A stretch of DNA of 62,381 nucleotides, the filler included, from Dugesia japonica (Eukaryota): assembly GCA_001938525.1 (NCBI GenBank). It is 5 parts of 5 records of this genome, joined end to end, with 100 filler letters (N's around TTAATTAATTAA, not from the genome) between each part and the next. Parts side by side here need not be neighbours in the genome. Positions count along the whole stretch, not along the records: positions 1 to 18,029 come from MQRL01601022.1; 4 more parts are not named here. One strand, written 5' to 3'. Below the pieces are notes generated by a model, which did not search any database, was not told the origin of the DNA, and worked only from the letters and a program-made list of their open reading frames with translations. Below, one piece after another: positions 1 through 12,789 of the stretch (position 1 is the stretch's first letter; the number at the start of each line of letters is the position of its first letter). The position numbers and the translations under genes were made by a program.

Positions 1-429
1 AACTCTGGTTTGAACCAACAGTTGACTATTCTTACTAATTCACACATATTTATTGAAACTCCCAAATTTACGACAATTGTCAGTGACTGTAATTGTAAAG
101 TTTTTATATCATAGGGCTCAAATCATGTGGTTCCAATGGTTTCTTACAACTCATTATTCTACATTTTTCTGATTTGTAGTAAATAATCGTAAATTTATAA
201 CTTTTGACTTTAAATTGACATGGTTTGCCTTTAGGAAAGCTCATTTTTTTGTTACGTCTTGCAGCACTTCAACTGCGCAATGAATATTGGTTATCATAAT
301 TATTGAATTAAGAGGAACATTGGGGTATTAATTTAATTGATTCGTTTAAATAAATATATAAAATGCAATAAATTATTAATAAATTAAAAACAACGAAGAT
401 AATCAAATAATAATTAAATTATTCTATTT

Positions 430-960
430 AAAAACAAATACCCTGATAGGTCTTATATTGCACAGTTGCTATGAAAATAATACATAGTTGTTATCTAAAT
501 AATACCCTTATAAAACCTATATTACATAGTTGATAAGTAAATAATACAATGTAAATATACAAATATTACACCCATAAACCCTATATTACATGGTTTCTAT
601 ATAAAAATACCTTCACAAGTCTTATATTAAACAGTTGTTATGTAAATTAAACAAAGTAACTATGCAAATTATACCCTCCTAAGCCTTATTTTACACAGTT
701 ACTATGTAAATAATACACTCATAAACCCTATAATACACTGTTATCATGTAAAAATACCTTCATATTTTTACAGTAATCTTTATTTATATATATGTAAAAA
801 ATTGTCACTATCACAAATCTTATAATGTAAATTGCTATGTAAATAATACAAGATCCCTATTCAAAGAATACACTCATAAACCCTCTTTCTTCTTTAACCC
901 TCTTCACTCTTAAACCTTACACACTCATAATACCTATTTAGATATCAAAATATTTACTTA
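430..960. repeat. Degenerate minisatellite, about 39-bp unit (AATACCCTCATAAACCCTATATTACACAGTTGTTATGTAA-like)
   Basis: About a dozen imperfect tandem copies visible by eye. Confidence 0.7.
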
Positions 961-1289
961 TAAGTCTTTTTTAGTTAGTCTTATTAGCTATATATATATG
1001 TAAATTTTTATGTTTTTATCATTTTGTATAGAAAATTGTCACTACANNNNNNNNNNNNNNNNNNNNNNNNNNNNNNNNNNNNNNNNNNNNNNNNNNNNNN
1101 NNNNNNNNNNNNNNNNNNNNNNNNNNNNNNNNNNNNNNNTACATAGAAAAATTGATTCACCAATATGTTTTATTTTGGAAATAAGCGATGAAATTTGTTT
1201 ATTTAAAATTGCAACAACTAATATGTTTTTATCATCTTGTAAAGAAAAGTTTTAATTTGAATATTTTATTATGTAACTATCACAAAAAC

Positions 1290-1840
1290 TTTTTTATTTG
1301 AATATTTTATCATGTAAATATCAGAAAGACTCCCTTCTTTGAAATGTTTTGATAGATATATTTTATCCTGTAAATATCAACGAGACTCCCCTCTTTGATG
1401 TTTTATTATATATAAAGACTGTCCAATATCTTGCAATAATATAAAAAATCAATACTATCCAATCTTTTGCATAAATAACATACATGAGTATCAAGACTTC
1501 AAAATATAAAAACTACCCCCAATGCTTTTTAATAATGAATGCAATAAGGATGCAACTCAGATGCAACTCATTTGTAACACACACACAATGAAAATCACGT
1601 GTCTAGGAATTTTAGACTGCCCCATCCCTTGCAAAATATCAAGCCTGTCCATACCAAGTAAAATATCAAGACTGCCCGATATCTTGTAATAATATAGAGA
1701 CTGCTCATGCCATGTAAAATATAGAGACTTGCCATACCATGCATAAATTTCCAGATTACTCAAAAAAAATTTAAGTTTTCCATGCAAAAATAAATTTTTG
1801 AATTTCTTGCTAAAAATGTTTGAAAAATATTTTTCCAAGT
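1290..1840 (-). repeat. Degenerate ~26-bp repeat block, inverted homolog of 14030-14380
   Basis: AAATATCAAGACTGCCC-type units; the spurious ORFs 1557-1838(-) and 14033-14365(+) align (LDILQGMGQSKI vs IDILQGIWQSKI). Confidence 0.65.
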
Positions 1841-2042
1841 TCAGCTAATGCATTTGATTTCAATGATATACGTAATTTTTCATTATTAGCTAGTGCATTC
1901 TGAGCGGTTTTCATAACAAATGAACCAATACTCCCTATTGTTCGCAACCACATACTGTTTTCTTAGAAAGTAAAGCAATTCTCCACCTGCTTGACTAATA
2001 CTATACATTGAAAAAAAATATCAGAATTCATTATTTAGTTTT

Positions 2043-2351
2043 CTAAAATGTAAAGTTATGTAAATGGGTTTTTGAATCCTTTGGAAACTTTATTAATTTT
2101 CCGCTATCATCGCGTATTTTAATTTCTATATTGTTTATACATGATATTGCAATAGGTAAATACATTGGATTCTCGACTATTATTTGTACTATGTTATCAG
2201 TTTCATGCTTTCCTATCCAAACCGATTTCAACAAAGGTATACTAACATCTCCTACAATTATAGGTTCAACATGACTACTATAGATGAACATTTGCTGATG
2301 TAACTTAATCATGTTTGGATTTTTATCACCTTGTATTACACCATTCTTCAT
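2043..2351 (-). pseudogene. Maverick/Polinton minor capsid (penton) C-terminal remnant
   Basis: MFIYSSHVEPIIVGDVSIPLLKSV...NPMYLPI...NNIEIKIRDDSGKLIKF is the typical Polinton penton C-terminus; 5' part decayed. Confidence 0.75.
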
Positions 2352-4275
2352 ATTTGCAAGTGAATAATGTTTCTTTTCTCATCCTAATGTTCTTGACAAG
2401 ACTTTATCAAATGTAACAGTTTTGATATAATATTTTAAAGACAATTGAAATAAATTATTTGCTTTGAGAGAAATCGTATTAAATAGTTCAGAACCGCTTT
2501 CTGTTAAATCTTTATTTATTTGCTGTATTAAATAACTTTTTCTCGTATTTTTGAAAAAATTACCGAATTATTTGAATAGTTTACCGATTTATTTAAATTT
2601 TCAAATTTTTGAATAATTTTATAAGAAGTTTCATCGAGAAGGTTGATTTTAGATGATTTGGTTCAATAATTTCTCGGATTAGTCTGTTTGGTTATAATCT
2701 TTTACTGAAATTAGTGGGAAATAGACGAATTTGTTTAAATAATTAAAATAATTAAAATTTTTGTGGGAATCGGAGAGAACATTCAAAATTTTTGTTGAGA
2801 TTTTACATCAATCAATGGAGATTATTTTTCACATATATAAATATTTTTCGAAAAACTTGTAATCAACATGTTTATTAGATAGAAAATCTTTTGCTGATCA
2901 TAATAGTTGTAGTTAAAAATCTCCAAAGTTTATCCGCAATGAAATTAATAGGGTTTTGTTGTGAAAAATCTCAAACTTCAGAGTTTAGCGCTCAGACCTC
3001 TGTGCGCAGATAACAGCTATTGACTCAAATTTGATATTATTTAACTCAAGATAAAAAAGTAACTGGATAAATTTAAAATATCGTCTTGGGAAAAATGCTT
3101 TTTAACGAAAATATACAGATGTCTTCTTGAATTTGGTAACTTTTTTCCGAAAATTTCAAAAGTAACTCAAATTTTATGGGATTTATACTATTCGATTGAA
3201 AATTTTACAGTGAGTACGAATAAAACGCTTATAAATCAACAAACCTTATACATAAAAAGTTATATAAAAAAAAAAACAAGTACCTCATCTAATATAATTC
3301 AAATTAATTTAATTTAATTTAAATAATTTAATTTTTAAAAAATTTCAATAAGAATGTTCTAGATTCAATTGTTTCAACTTATCAATGTATTTAATTAATA
3401 CACANGGTTCTAAAACTTATATAAAGTGAATCTTTAATTCAATATTCATTATTTCAATATGAAGATGATTGAAACTCTTACCAAGGAAAATTCTTCTACA
3501 TTAGTATTCAAGTGTGAAAAACCAAGAAATTACTTCAAACATGAGATGTTTTTCTTTAAGAGAACAACCAATGATACTTTTAAAGTAGTATTTGATTTGC
3601 TAGTTACTTTATTAATAGATTTTTATTTAGGATCTTGTTAAAGTGAAACCTTATTTTTATGATTTATACATATATGAAATCAGTGAGAATGATCAAGACT
3701 CTTAATGAACTATTCGTAAGAATCAATGAACGCATGAAAATTGAAGATGCAACATTTATTAAATCTAANNNNNNNNNNNNNNNNNNNNNNNNNNNNNNNN
3801 NNNNNNNNNNNNNNNNNNGAAGATGCAACATTTATTAAATCTAAAGAAAATAATGTTCAAGAAAGTAAATCAAAGATCGCAGTTGAAATTATTGGATTCA
3901 AGAAATTAGAAGAAATAGTAAAACCAATATGGAAAGTTAAATCAACTCAAAAGATTGAATGAAAATTTATTGAATAAATATTAGTATAAATAAACGACTT
4001 ATCTTATTAATTTCCAATTTGTTAATTTTATTGCTTTTATAAATCAAAACAAGTTTAAAACAGTAAAATTTATCTAATTCAATCCCATATTACTCGATGT
4101 ACCATTGATTGTTCTGTATGACATTTGGCAACTGAAATTATAATATTAAAATAGATTATTAAAGCAACAAATATTACTTAAAGTATTCGGATCTCTTTCC
4201 ATTTTGCATTCATGTTACTGTCTTAATGTAATTGATAATTGCGATATAAAAATAACCATAATTAATGGTCTTGAT

Positions 4276-4693
4276 GACAATTAGAGTAAGAGATTGGAAA
4301 CTGGTGATATGATCGTTGTTGATGATCTGTATCAAGAAGCTAATAAGGAAAAAAACCTTAATTATTTATTCACAAAAGTATCAAGACATTGTGGTGTTAC
4401 TGTAAAATTCATTACACAAAATCTATTCCATCAAGGTGGTGATCATAGAACTCGTAATTTTAATGCACAGTTCTTGGCTATATTTAAAAATCCAAGAAAT
4501 CAAACGGTTGTTGATTTTCTAGCACGACAAGCGTATCCAAATAATTGATAATTTCTATTGGATTCATTTAAAGATGCAACAGTAATGCCTCATGGATATA
4601 TATTTCTGGATTTTACTCATCAATGTCCTGATGATATTAGAGTTCGAACTAATATTTTCAATCTAAATGGTGTTACAGTCTATAAACAATAAA
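4276..4693 (+). pseudogene. Maverick/Polinton A32/FtsK-like packaging ATPase remnant
   Basis: Walker B IVVDDL, LFTKVSRH, ITQNLF, FKNPR; continues past stops as DAT..PHGYIFLDF...PDDIRVRTNIF. Confidence 0.85.
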
Positions 4694-4941
4694 AATAAAA
4701 TTGATTATTTTCTTACAAAAATATTTAAATTTTCTAAAGTTTTAGTAGATCCTCATACAATTAAACCGGGTAACAATCACATGACAAATCAATATGAATA
4801 TAATAGTCATTTTCATTTTCGATCTGATTCATTTTGTCTGAATAAGAGAGCTCTGTTAATACCAGAATTATAATTACACGTATGTACATTGCATATTTAT
4901 TGTCATCATGACTTACACTATTACACGGGTTTGAAATTAGT

Positions 4942-6320
4942 TTAACAAGTCATTACCCCCGGTGCCTGATAGGATCTAGGCACATATGTGGGTAATCCGT
5001 TTAATATCGCCCCCAGTGGTAATCCTTCGTAATTTGGTGGGGCTATTGGTAGGTGTTGTCTTTTCCCATTCCGACTGTGTTTCTTTCGTTTCGGTTTTGC
5101 TTGCTTACAGAATTGTACATTTAGTGTGATTAATACCAGTATAGCTATTGATACACTTCCTATTATTATTATGTGGTCAGTTCCATTTTTGGTTGGTTTA
5201 GTGGTAGTGATTGGTTCCTTTATTGTAGTAAGCCCACCCCATATCATCATATGATCTTCCTTTGGCTGGTAATTCCTCAGGTTTATCATTAAATTGTTTA
5301 AGAAGTTTGCTCTTTTTGTTTCTTTTTTCTTGTTGGCCAACGTAGTCTGTTTTTTAGTTTCCGTTGTAATTGTGGTTTTTTTCTGTGGTAGTTGTAGTAC
5401 TTATTTTAACCTTTGGTTTAGTAATGTTCAGTTTTATTCTTATATCCCGATTTATAACTGTGGTAAATTCTATTTCCCACATTTCTAGTCCAAAACTGCC
5501 CATGTTCGCTCCTTGTTTCTGTAATGCATTTTCTTTGAATCCTGATATTTCCTCATTATAACACCATCCCCATTAAGCGAGTGAATAGTATTTCTGTGCC
5601 GTTAACTGTTCCTTTTTCTCGACCTTCCTGCCAATGAGAACCCCATTTCCCAAACGTATATTCTGTTATTGAGTGGAATCCTTTTCCCCGGTTAATGGCT
5701 ATACTTTTTTGTTCCCTGAACACCCGTTTCTTATCCGTGGCTTCCTTGACTATATTTTTCCAAAATTGGATATGGAATAGACATTCATTCTGTTTGCAGA
5801 TTTTCACGCTCTCTTCTCCCTTCCGTTCCGATGTCCATCCCTTTTGTTGCAGGTTTTCTATTACTTAGTAAATTAGGAGATTACGTGCGTGATGCATCTC
5901 AAAATTTATTTGGTGTTCATAATTGCCATGATCTCTTTTACGTTTCCCGTTAAATTCTTGTGCTGAATACATCCATCAATCCTTCATGTTGAAATGCATT
6001 GTTTGACCTTCCACTGGTGCTTTTCCTTTATACCATAAACTTGCTGTCTACCCGTACCACGACAATAATATTCGATTTTCCTTAGTTCCTTCAATGGTAG
6101 GTTTTAGCAATATCAACTGATGTCCATATCATTTGAAAACTTTTATTTCACGCCTTTGTCCGTCTGTGTTCATTGTTTGAATGGTGGTTTTGCGGTCGTT
6201 GACATAAACCCTATGTTCCGTTAATATTAACTCATTGGTCCAACAATCTTGACATTTAATTCCCTTCATCAGTATTATTAAAATAGTGATTATAACTTGT
6301 CCATTAGACATTCTATTCTG
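4942..6320 (-). pseudogene. Env-like type I membrane protein, disrupted
   Basis: Signal-like QVIITILIILMKGIKC near 6290, fragments 6129-6446 and 5556-5807, Thr-rich stalk, TM IIIIGSVSIAILVLITL, basic stop-transfer, tail with PPNY. Confidence 0.5.
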
Positions 6321-7044
6321 GTTTGGGGTCCGTATTTGTTGAATTGCCATCGTTGGAAGAGTCAATCCTAACAATATTATCCCCATGTTTCCATATATCA
6401 TAATCGATGTTGGACACCCTTTCCCCATATTTCTGATGAGTTTCATGGTTAAACAAATTAATATGCCATAGTCCTAATTTGTGTTGATTACTGCCCATAA
6501 AAACAGAGATATTTTGACTATTATTTCTACTGTAATCCCGTTCTGGTTTTTTTGTGGTAACCCGTTTTCTGATTTTCTTGGTTCTGTTTAATCTACTCTA
6601 TCTTGTACTAATAGCATTTTCATTTTTCCCGCCCTTCCAGGCGTTATTCCAATTAATTTTCCCTCTTTTTTTCCATTCCATCCCATTGACCCTGAAATGC
6701 TTCTCTCAATTTCACTTGTTTTTGTAACCTTTCCTGAAGATTCGTGATAATGATTAGTTTCGACTTCCTTCGAGCCAATTTATCTGATTGTATGTTTAGT
6801 GACGTCATATTTTTAGCTTGTGTTTACTTTGAATAGTTGGTTCGACCATGCCCCATGGTAATCGGATCTCCAATGGTTCATATACTCTAATCCAGTTCCA
6901 TTGTACTAACATATGGTGAAACATTTGAATGGATGTTAGTAATTCTTTGCTGTAAATATCTGTGCATGGCCTGCACAATTTTTTTATGTTAGATTGCCGA
7001 ATAGGGACTTAAGTTGGTATTTTATTTCGGAATTCATCACAGTC

Positions 7045-7362
7045 TTACCTGGACCAATTTTCTGGTTTGGATAACCATGCTCTTTGATTGTAAATGGCCT
7101 TTAGTGCGTTTTTTAATACTATTTGTGTTTGTCTGATACATTGCAAGCAATTCTCCTCCAATTGCCGTGCTGACAGCGGACAAGTTAGATGGCAAATGTG
7201 ATTACAACTTTCTTCGGATCTTGGTGTGCGGCTCCCTTGGCATGTGATTGTATAGCATGTAGTGGCATTCATAGCTTCAATTGCCAGTGGTCGACGTATT
7301 TGGTTATCTAAACCAAAAGATACAACTTTATTTGTCTTGTGAAATAGTGACTGATTTATCAT
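7045..7362 (-). CDS. Accessory ORF fragment, second copy of a Cys-rich domain
   Basis: ESCNHICHLTCPLSARQLEENCLQCIRQTQIVLK resembles the domain in ORF 7817-8716. Confidence 0.5.
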   Translation of the reverse strand: MINQSLFHKTNKVVSFGLDNQIRRPLAIEAMNATTCYTITCQGSRTPRSEESCNHICHLTCPLSARQLEENCLQCIRQTQIVLKNALKAIYNQRAWLSKPENWSR

Positions 7363-7810
7363 TAGTCATAAATAATTTTGTCTGGTCTTGAGATAGACGA
7401 TTAATATTAGGTCTCTTAGCTATTTTAGGCATTACTGACGTATCTGAACAATTCAATTCCCTGGCGGCCAGTGCAATATTTCCAGTGTCCATGCTTTCCT
7501 TGCCGATTTTAGTATGAAACTCCTGATGTAAAGACAAGCTATCTTTCATTTTCCTTTCTTTTCTTTGTTTGTCTGCATATTTTAATGCGCCATCTTCCAA
7601 TAACCTCGTTATTTTCTGCAACTCTGTTTCTATCTTTTCATCGTCTTTTGGTTGCATGTCTGTTTTTAGTTCTGAAATTACATCTTTCTCCGTTAGTTCC
7701 CCTTCCCAATCTTCTTCATACTCAGCGTCCTCGCTGAGACTTCTTTTCCTTAATAATGATTCTAAACCACTCCATGGCGGGGGGTCAACTGGTTGAGACC
7801 ATAATATCAA
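7328..7810 (-). CDS. Charged accessory ORF of the Gypsy element, unknown function
   Basis: 160-aa open frame, same strand as pol. Confidence 0.45.
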   Translation of the reverse strand: MILWSQPVDPPPWSGLESLLRKRSLSEDAEYEEDWEGELTEKDVISELKTDMQPKDDEKIETELQKITRLLEDGALKYADKQRKERKMKDSLSLHQEFHTKIGKESMDTGNIALAARELNCSDTSVMPKIAKRPNINRLSQDQTKLFMTNDKSVTISQDK

Positions 7811-7816
7811 CCAGTC

Positions 7817-8716
7817 TCATACTTTTAATATCGTATTGAAATTTTCAATAGCTCGAGTGAGAGTTTCATTATAAATACTGACACAACGTTCGGATAGAGT
7901 GTGTAAGTCATCGGGTGTCAGTGGCGCGTGAATTGTCAACTTATCATGCATTTTCCTACAACGTCTTCTACTGAGTTCGTCTTGTTGTAACAACGCAAGT
8001 CTGCGACTAGCAATGTCCCGCAATGTTGATTTCAAAATTGATTGCAATTTCCGTATGCATGCAAGGCAACTTGCCTCGATTAGAGTTGGCGAGATTGGGC
8101 AGGTTATCCGACCAAAGTGGGCACAACAGTTTTCTGGTACCGGTGTCTGTGCTCCTGGTGGAATTATAGGATATATTGTCGTGGTACCCAATGCTTTACC
8201 TCGACGGCTTAACTGACTTAATACGAATACTGAGATTGCTGGTTTCCCGAGTATCATCATAGCTTGTTGTGATCGTAATGGGTAACTATGCGATATATTT
8301 AATTCCAAGTTTTCCAACTTACGTGGTCTACCGGGCCCTCTATGTTCCGTCGCAGTGCGCGCAGTACTTGTGGTTGGCGCAATTTCTTTCGTCATTGCTG
8401 CCTTTTTGCATAGGTTAGCGTGGTATATTTTTAGTTTCTCTAATAGGTTCCCTCTCCTTCGAACTTTGAGATTGGTTTCAGTTACTTCGATTACTTCATA
8501 TGGTCCTTGCCATGGTCTTTTTAATTTCAATGTAGTGCCAACACAAATATCTGGTAAATTGATCAATACCATGTCGCCTTTCTTAAATGATTGTTGTATT
8601 GCCGTTCTGTCGTGCAAATCCTTATAGCTCTCNTGGTAAAATCCTACATTCTCATCAGCCTGTGCCTGTTTCAGCCCATCGAAATTTCGATCCTCGGCTA
8701 AAATGAAGTATACCAT
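7817..8716 (-). CDS. Gypsy integrase N-terminal edge and C-terminal GPY/F domain fused to a Cys-rich extension
   Basis: FKKGDMVLI..KLKRPWQGPYEVIEV; AT-hook-like RGPGRPRK; integrase core probably hidden at the single N at 8633. Confidence 0.75.
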   Translation of the reverse strand: MVYFILAEDRNFDGLKQAQADENVGFYXESYKDLHDRTAIQQSFKKGDMVLINLPDICVGTTLKLKRPWQGPYEVIEVTETNLKVRRRGNLLEKLKIYHANLCKKAAMTKEIAPTTSTARTATEHRGPGRPRKLENLELNISHSYPLRSQQAMMILGKPAISVFVLSQLSRRGKALGTTTIYPIIPPGAQTPVPENCCAHFGRITCPISPTLIEASCLACIRKLQSILKSTLRDIASRRLALLQQDELSRRRCRKMHDKLTIHAPLTPDDLHTLSERCVSIYNETLTRAIENFNTILKV

Positions 8717-8821
8717 ACCTACTTTTTTCTCTAATAGTTCACGTAATGTGAATATTTCCGTATCTTCCGGGATACTTTCTGTGGCTTTTGATCCACCAAT
8801 TCTCGACAGACAATCGGCATT

Positions 8822-9280
8822 TTAGTTGGCTTTGTCTGTTTTAAATTTTAATAGAGGACAATAATCCTGCATTGCTAATTGCCATTTTGCCATTCTATTC
8901 CATCGTAATGGTTTCTGAGCCATGAAAGTGATTGGTAAGTGATCTGTATAAATTAGTACCTCGTGCCTATGTATCAATGATCGGAAATGTTTAGTGGCTT
9001 TTACTATTGCCATGATTTCTCGTTCGGTTGTGCTGTAATTTAGTTCACCTCCTTGGAATTTCTTGCTGAAATAAGCGATCACTCTCTCTCTTCCCTGTTC
9101 ATCCAATTGGCTTAATACGGCACCCATCGCGTATCCACTAGCGTCAGTGGCTAATATGGATGATTTCTTGAAATCTAGATGCACCAGAATTGGTGCAGTT
9201 AATAATTTGTCCCGTAATGTCTCAAATGATTGTTGTTGTTCCGGTATCTTGTTTGACCAATTCTTGCATCGGTTTTGCAA
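8822..9280 (-). pseudogene. pol: Gypsy RNase H
   Basis: LATDASGYAMGAVLSQ, NYSTTEREIMAIV, YTDHLP; followed by stop then NADCLSR. Confidence 0.92.
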
Positions 9281-9363
9281 TTTTAGCGAAATCCTTAATG
9301 AATTTGCGATAATAGTTTACTAGGCTGAGAAATTCTTGTATTTGAGTACACAATTTGGCGGCG

Positions 9364-10070
9364 CTAGATTTCGAATTTTTTCAGTATTCGTGGATCAGGT
9401 TCTTTTCCTTTGTCCAATATCAAATGTCCGAGATACGTTACCTTATTCTTAGTCCATTCACACTTGGTAGGTTTAACTTTCAAGTTCCATTTTCGTAAAC
9501 GGATAAACACACAACGTAAATCATTGAGGTGTCTTTCAAATGTTGATGAATAAATCAATAGATCGTCAAAATAGGCCATAAATTGAGAGATACCGTGAGT
9601 TACATAATTCATGATTCGTTGAAAAGAGGCTGGTGCATTAGTAAGCCCGAATGGCATACGAANNNNNNNNNNNNNNNNNNNNNNNNTGGAAAAAGCTGTT
9701 TTTTCTCTGTCTTCTGGTTTGATTTGTATCTGCCAATACCCGCTTCGCAAATCCAATGTGGTGAATATTTTGGCGTTACATAGTAATTGCAACAACTTAT
9801 TGATGTATGGTAGTGGATACGTATCTTTTTTGTTTGTGCATTTAACCTTCTGTAATCGATACAGAATAGCTGTATCTTATCGCTTTCTTATCCACTAACA
9901 CCACTGACGATTACCATGGTAAGCAGCTAGGTTCTAAATTTCTGATTTTCACTAATTTAGCTGTTTCTTTGTTGGCAAACTCCTTTTTCTCCCCCTTCAT
10001 GGCATATGGTTTCTGTTTGCTCGGGGTTTCATCCGTTAGTGGAATTGTGTGCATTGTAGCTGTGCACATA
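9364..10070 (-). pseudogene. pol: Gypsy reverse transcriptase (frameshifted)
   Basis: LDLRSGYWQI, MPFGLTNAPASFQR, YFDD, VTYLGH. Confidence 0.95.
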
Positions 10071-10245
10071 CCTAGCTCTTCATCAGTCCATGCAAAAATA
10101 TCTCTAAATTCCNNNNNNNNNNNNNNNNNNNNNNNNTGATCATCCGATAAAGTTTCTGTCTCTAATTTAAATGTTCTATCGATTAGTGGTTCGGCGATTA
10201 TTGCCTCTATCTCGTTGAGTTCTGGTTCGATGATAGTTAGTGTAC

Positions 10246-10830
10246 CTATTCTAGAATTTGTTTGATCGTAATATCTTTTTCAGTGAAGTTAACAAAGCTA
10301 ACTGGTACTTCTCCACTTTTGTTGACTGTGGTTATTCCTCCTGCTGTAGGTAACTCATACTGTTGTGCAAATCCGTCATACGGTTCAAAATAACAATCTC
10401 CTACGTTTGCACTTTTGGTACTGACTACACAATATACTTGGCATCTACTAGGTACCAAAATCTCTTCTGTAGTGAATACTTCATGATCTTTAACGTGGGT
10501 ATACCCCTCCAAGGATTGCAACTGTAATGTGGAGAAGTTTAATATGCCATTCTTCATCAAATTTGGGAGAATGTCCGTACCCAAAATGCACTGTCCAGCC
10601 ATTTCAACTATTATCATTTTGTGTTTGATTTTGTTGTCTTGATATTCTACTTCACAGGCTAATTCCCCAAAAATTTTAAGACTGCTTCCGTTTGCCACAT
10701 CCGCCGTAGTGTTAGTGGGTATTATGTTTTATATTCTGTTATTGCGATTTCCTCTATTGATAACAACGAGATCGTTGCTCCTGTGTCTAGCAATGCTGTT
10801 GTAGGTCTCCCATTGATTTTAACTATAATT
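10246..10830 (-). pseudogene. pol: Gypsy aspartic protease plus downstream spacer domain
   Basis: ALLDTGATISL near 10770-10800; ANGSSLKIFG and CILGTDIL. Confidence 0.85.
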
Positions 10831-12324
10831 CATAATACGGGTCCACCGTTGAGACTTGCGCATACTACCTACGAAGGGTCACGATTGGGGTTAAGTTGGT
10901 TTTTGTTTTTCCACCTTGGTTCTCGTTCTTGAAGTCTTATCCAATCGTCTCTTATTATGGTGGGCGTGACAATCTTGGTTGGAGTTATTTTGCTCACCTC
11001 TGCCTTATGAGAGTCGTGGTTGTTGGTTGGAAATAGGTTGATTCCATTGCTGTGGTCGTTTCTGTTTGGTTATTATTCTAGTTTTCTGATACCCTACCGG
11101 CGCATATTTGCGATCATGATTTTCGATCGCAGACCGCACTTGTAATGTCTTACCGCTAGGGGCGATAGAAAATTATTTTCAAATAACCAATCAAAAATCA
11201 AGGTTAAAAATTGACAAATCAAATTAGTGCGGTCATGTTGATTTATCTACCTACTGAAATCAATATTTAAATTTAAAAATACTTAAATGACATATGCCAA
11301 CAAGTCACTACAAAATACATAAAAAAANNNNNNNNNNNNNNTGACTTGAAATTTATTTATTTTTTGTAATTTAACAGAAATATTTGATAGTCAAAAAGTA
11401 AATCTATGAAGAGTGGCGCGTTGTTCATCCTGTACTAAATGAAACAAGAACTTTGATTTATTTAAAGTTTATACTTTTTTTATCTTGGATGGATTTTAAG
11501 AAAGCAAATATTGGTTGCTTACAGGAAAATGAATAGTTTTATAGAAAATTTTAAAAAATATTTATTCAAATTACTAGTTTATTTTCCATGNNNNNNTAAT
11601 AATTGGGAAGAAATAATGTGAAAATAATCCGTATCACAACTTTCTTTATGCTTTTAAATATTGAACTATTATGTTTCTGGATTACATTTGTATAAAATAA
11701 ATAGAGTCTGTTTGAGTTATATGATCAAAGATAGATAAAAATATAATAAAGATTCTTAAATGTCACGGAAAAATTCAAGAAACCAATAATAAACAAGTTG
11801 CTCATTATAGCATAATATATACGGTATAGCTCATCTGTTGAACTGATTAAAACTTTTCCAATAATAGAATTGAAATAAAGATTCATATCAACCTCATTCG
11901 GATACACTCAATAATTTTCATTTCGTAAATGCAATAAACAAATATGTTGGGGAAAATGAAAACAAAAACCAACCTTGAATTTAAATAAGCACGCACACAT
12001 ATGTACAAAAATACAAGTATAACACACAAAACAAAACATACAAATCAATATTCGATTAACAATCCAAAAAATCAATATCCAGATCAAGCAATGTTTAATC
12101 GGACAATATTCAATCAGTCTGCAATTATGAACTATTGACAATTATTAGTACTGAGAATTTTATGATGAATTTATTGACGTTATTATTTTTATTTGGATTT
12201 TTTCAATGTAAATTCATTGTTATTATTTTATTGACGTTATTATTTTATTTGAACTTTTCCATGTGGGTATTTATTCACACTTAAAATAATTCACACTCAA
12301 ATTTATTAAGAAATTGATCAATAA

Positions 12325-12744
12325 TTACCAGTCATCAGGGTCGTTAGGGTCATATTCGTTATCAAAAATATCATCATAATCATTATAAGTTTCGCGATCG
12401 TCATAATCGTCATAATCATCATAATCGTCATAATAAAAATCAACATTTCTTTGTGTATTGATGTAATTGCTTGCTTCTGGTTTGTTTTGTATATTTTGAT
12501 TTGATTGTGAACTTGTTTCAGATTTAATTGTAGATACTTGAGATTCATTGAATGTATTTATTTTGGTTTCATTTTTAGGACTTTTGTTCTTTTTAGGTTT
12601 AGATTTTACTTTAGTCTTTACGGTTTTATTTGATTTTGATTGAGTAAGAGAAATATCGATCTTTGTCTCTTTCAAAATGGAAGGTATATTAGTTGATGAC
12701 AAATCTGACTTTATGTTCAATTTAGGTGATTCGAAGAAATTCAT
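12325..12744 (-). CDS. Orphan ORF, Lys-rich middle and acidic (DDY)n tail
   Basis: 139-aa ATG ORF, low complexity. Confidence 0.35.
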   Translation of the reverse strand: MNFFESPKLNIKSDLSSTNIPSILKETKIDISLTQSKSNKTVKTKVKSKPKKNKSPKNETKINTFNESQVSTIKSETSSQSNQNIQNKPEASNYINTQRNVDFYYDDYDDYDDYDDRETYNDYDDIFDNEYDPNDPDDW

Positions 12745-12789
12745 CTAATTAAAATATTATTATTATTATTACTATTATTAGATAGATTT

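Larger units (their letters stand above)
4942..11090 (-). mobile_element. Decayed Ty3/Gypsy LTR retroelement (gag remnant-PR-RT-RH-IN) with extra 3' ORFs incl. env-like gene; LTRs not identified
   Basis: Gypsy domain order on the minus strand, higher GC than flanks. Confidence 0.85.

Noticed and set aside
430-1840. CRISPR-like array
   Set aside because: Degenerate tandem units without unique spacers, eukaryotic context, no cas genes
8600-8720. Gypsy integrase naturally lacking its catalytic core
   Set aside because: The junction coincides with a single N at 8633, most likely a collapsed assembly gap
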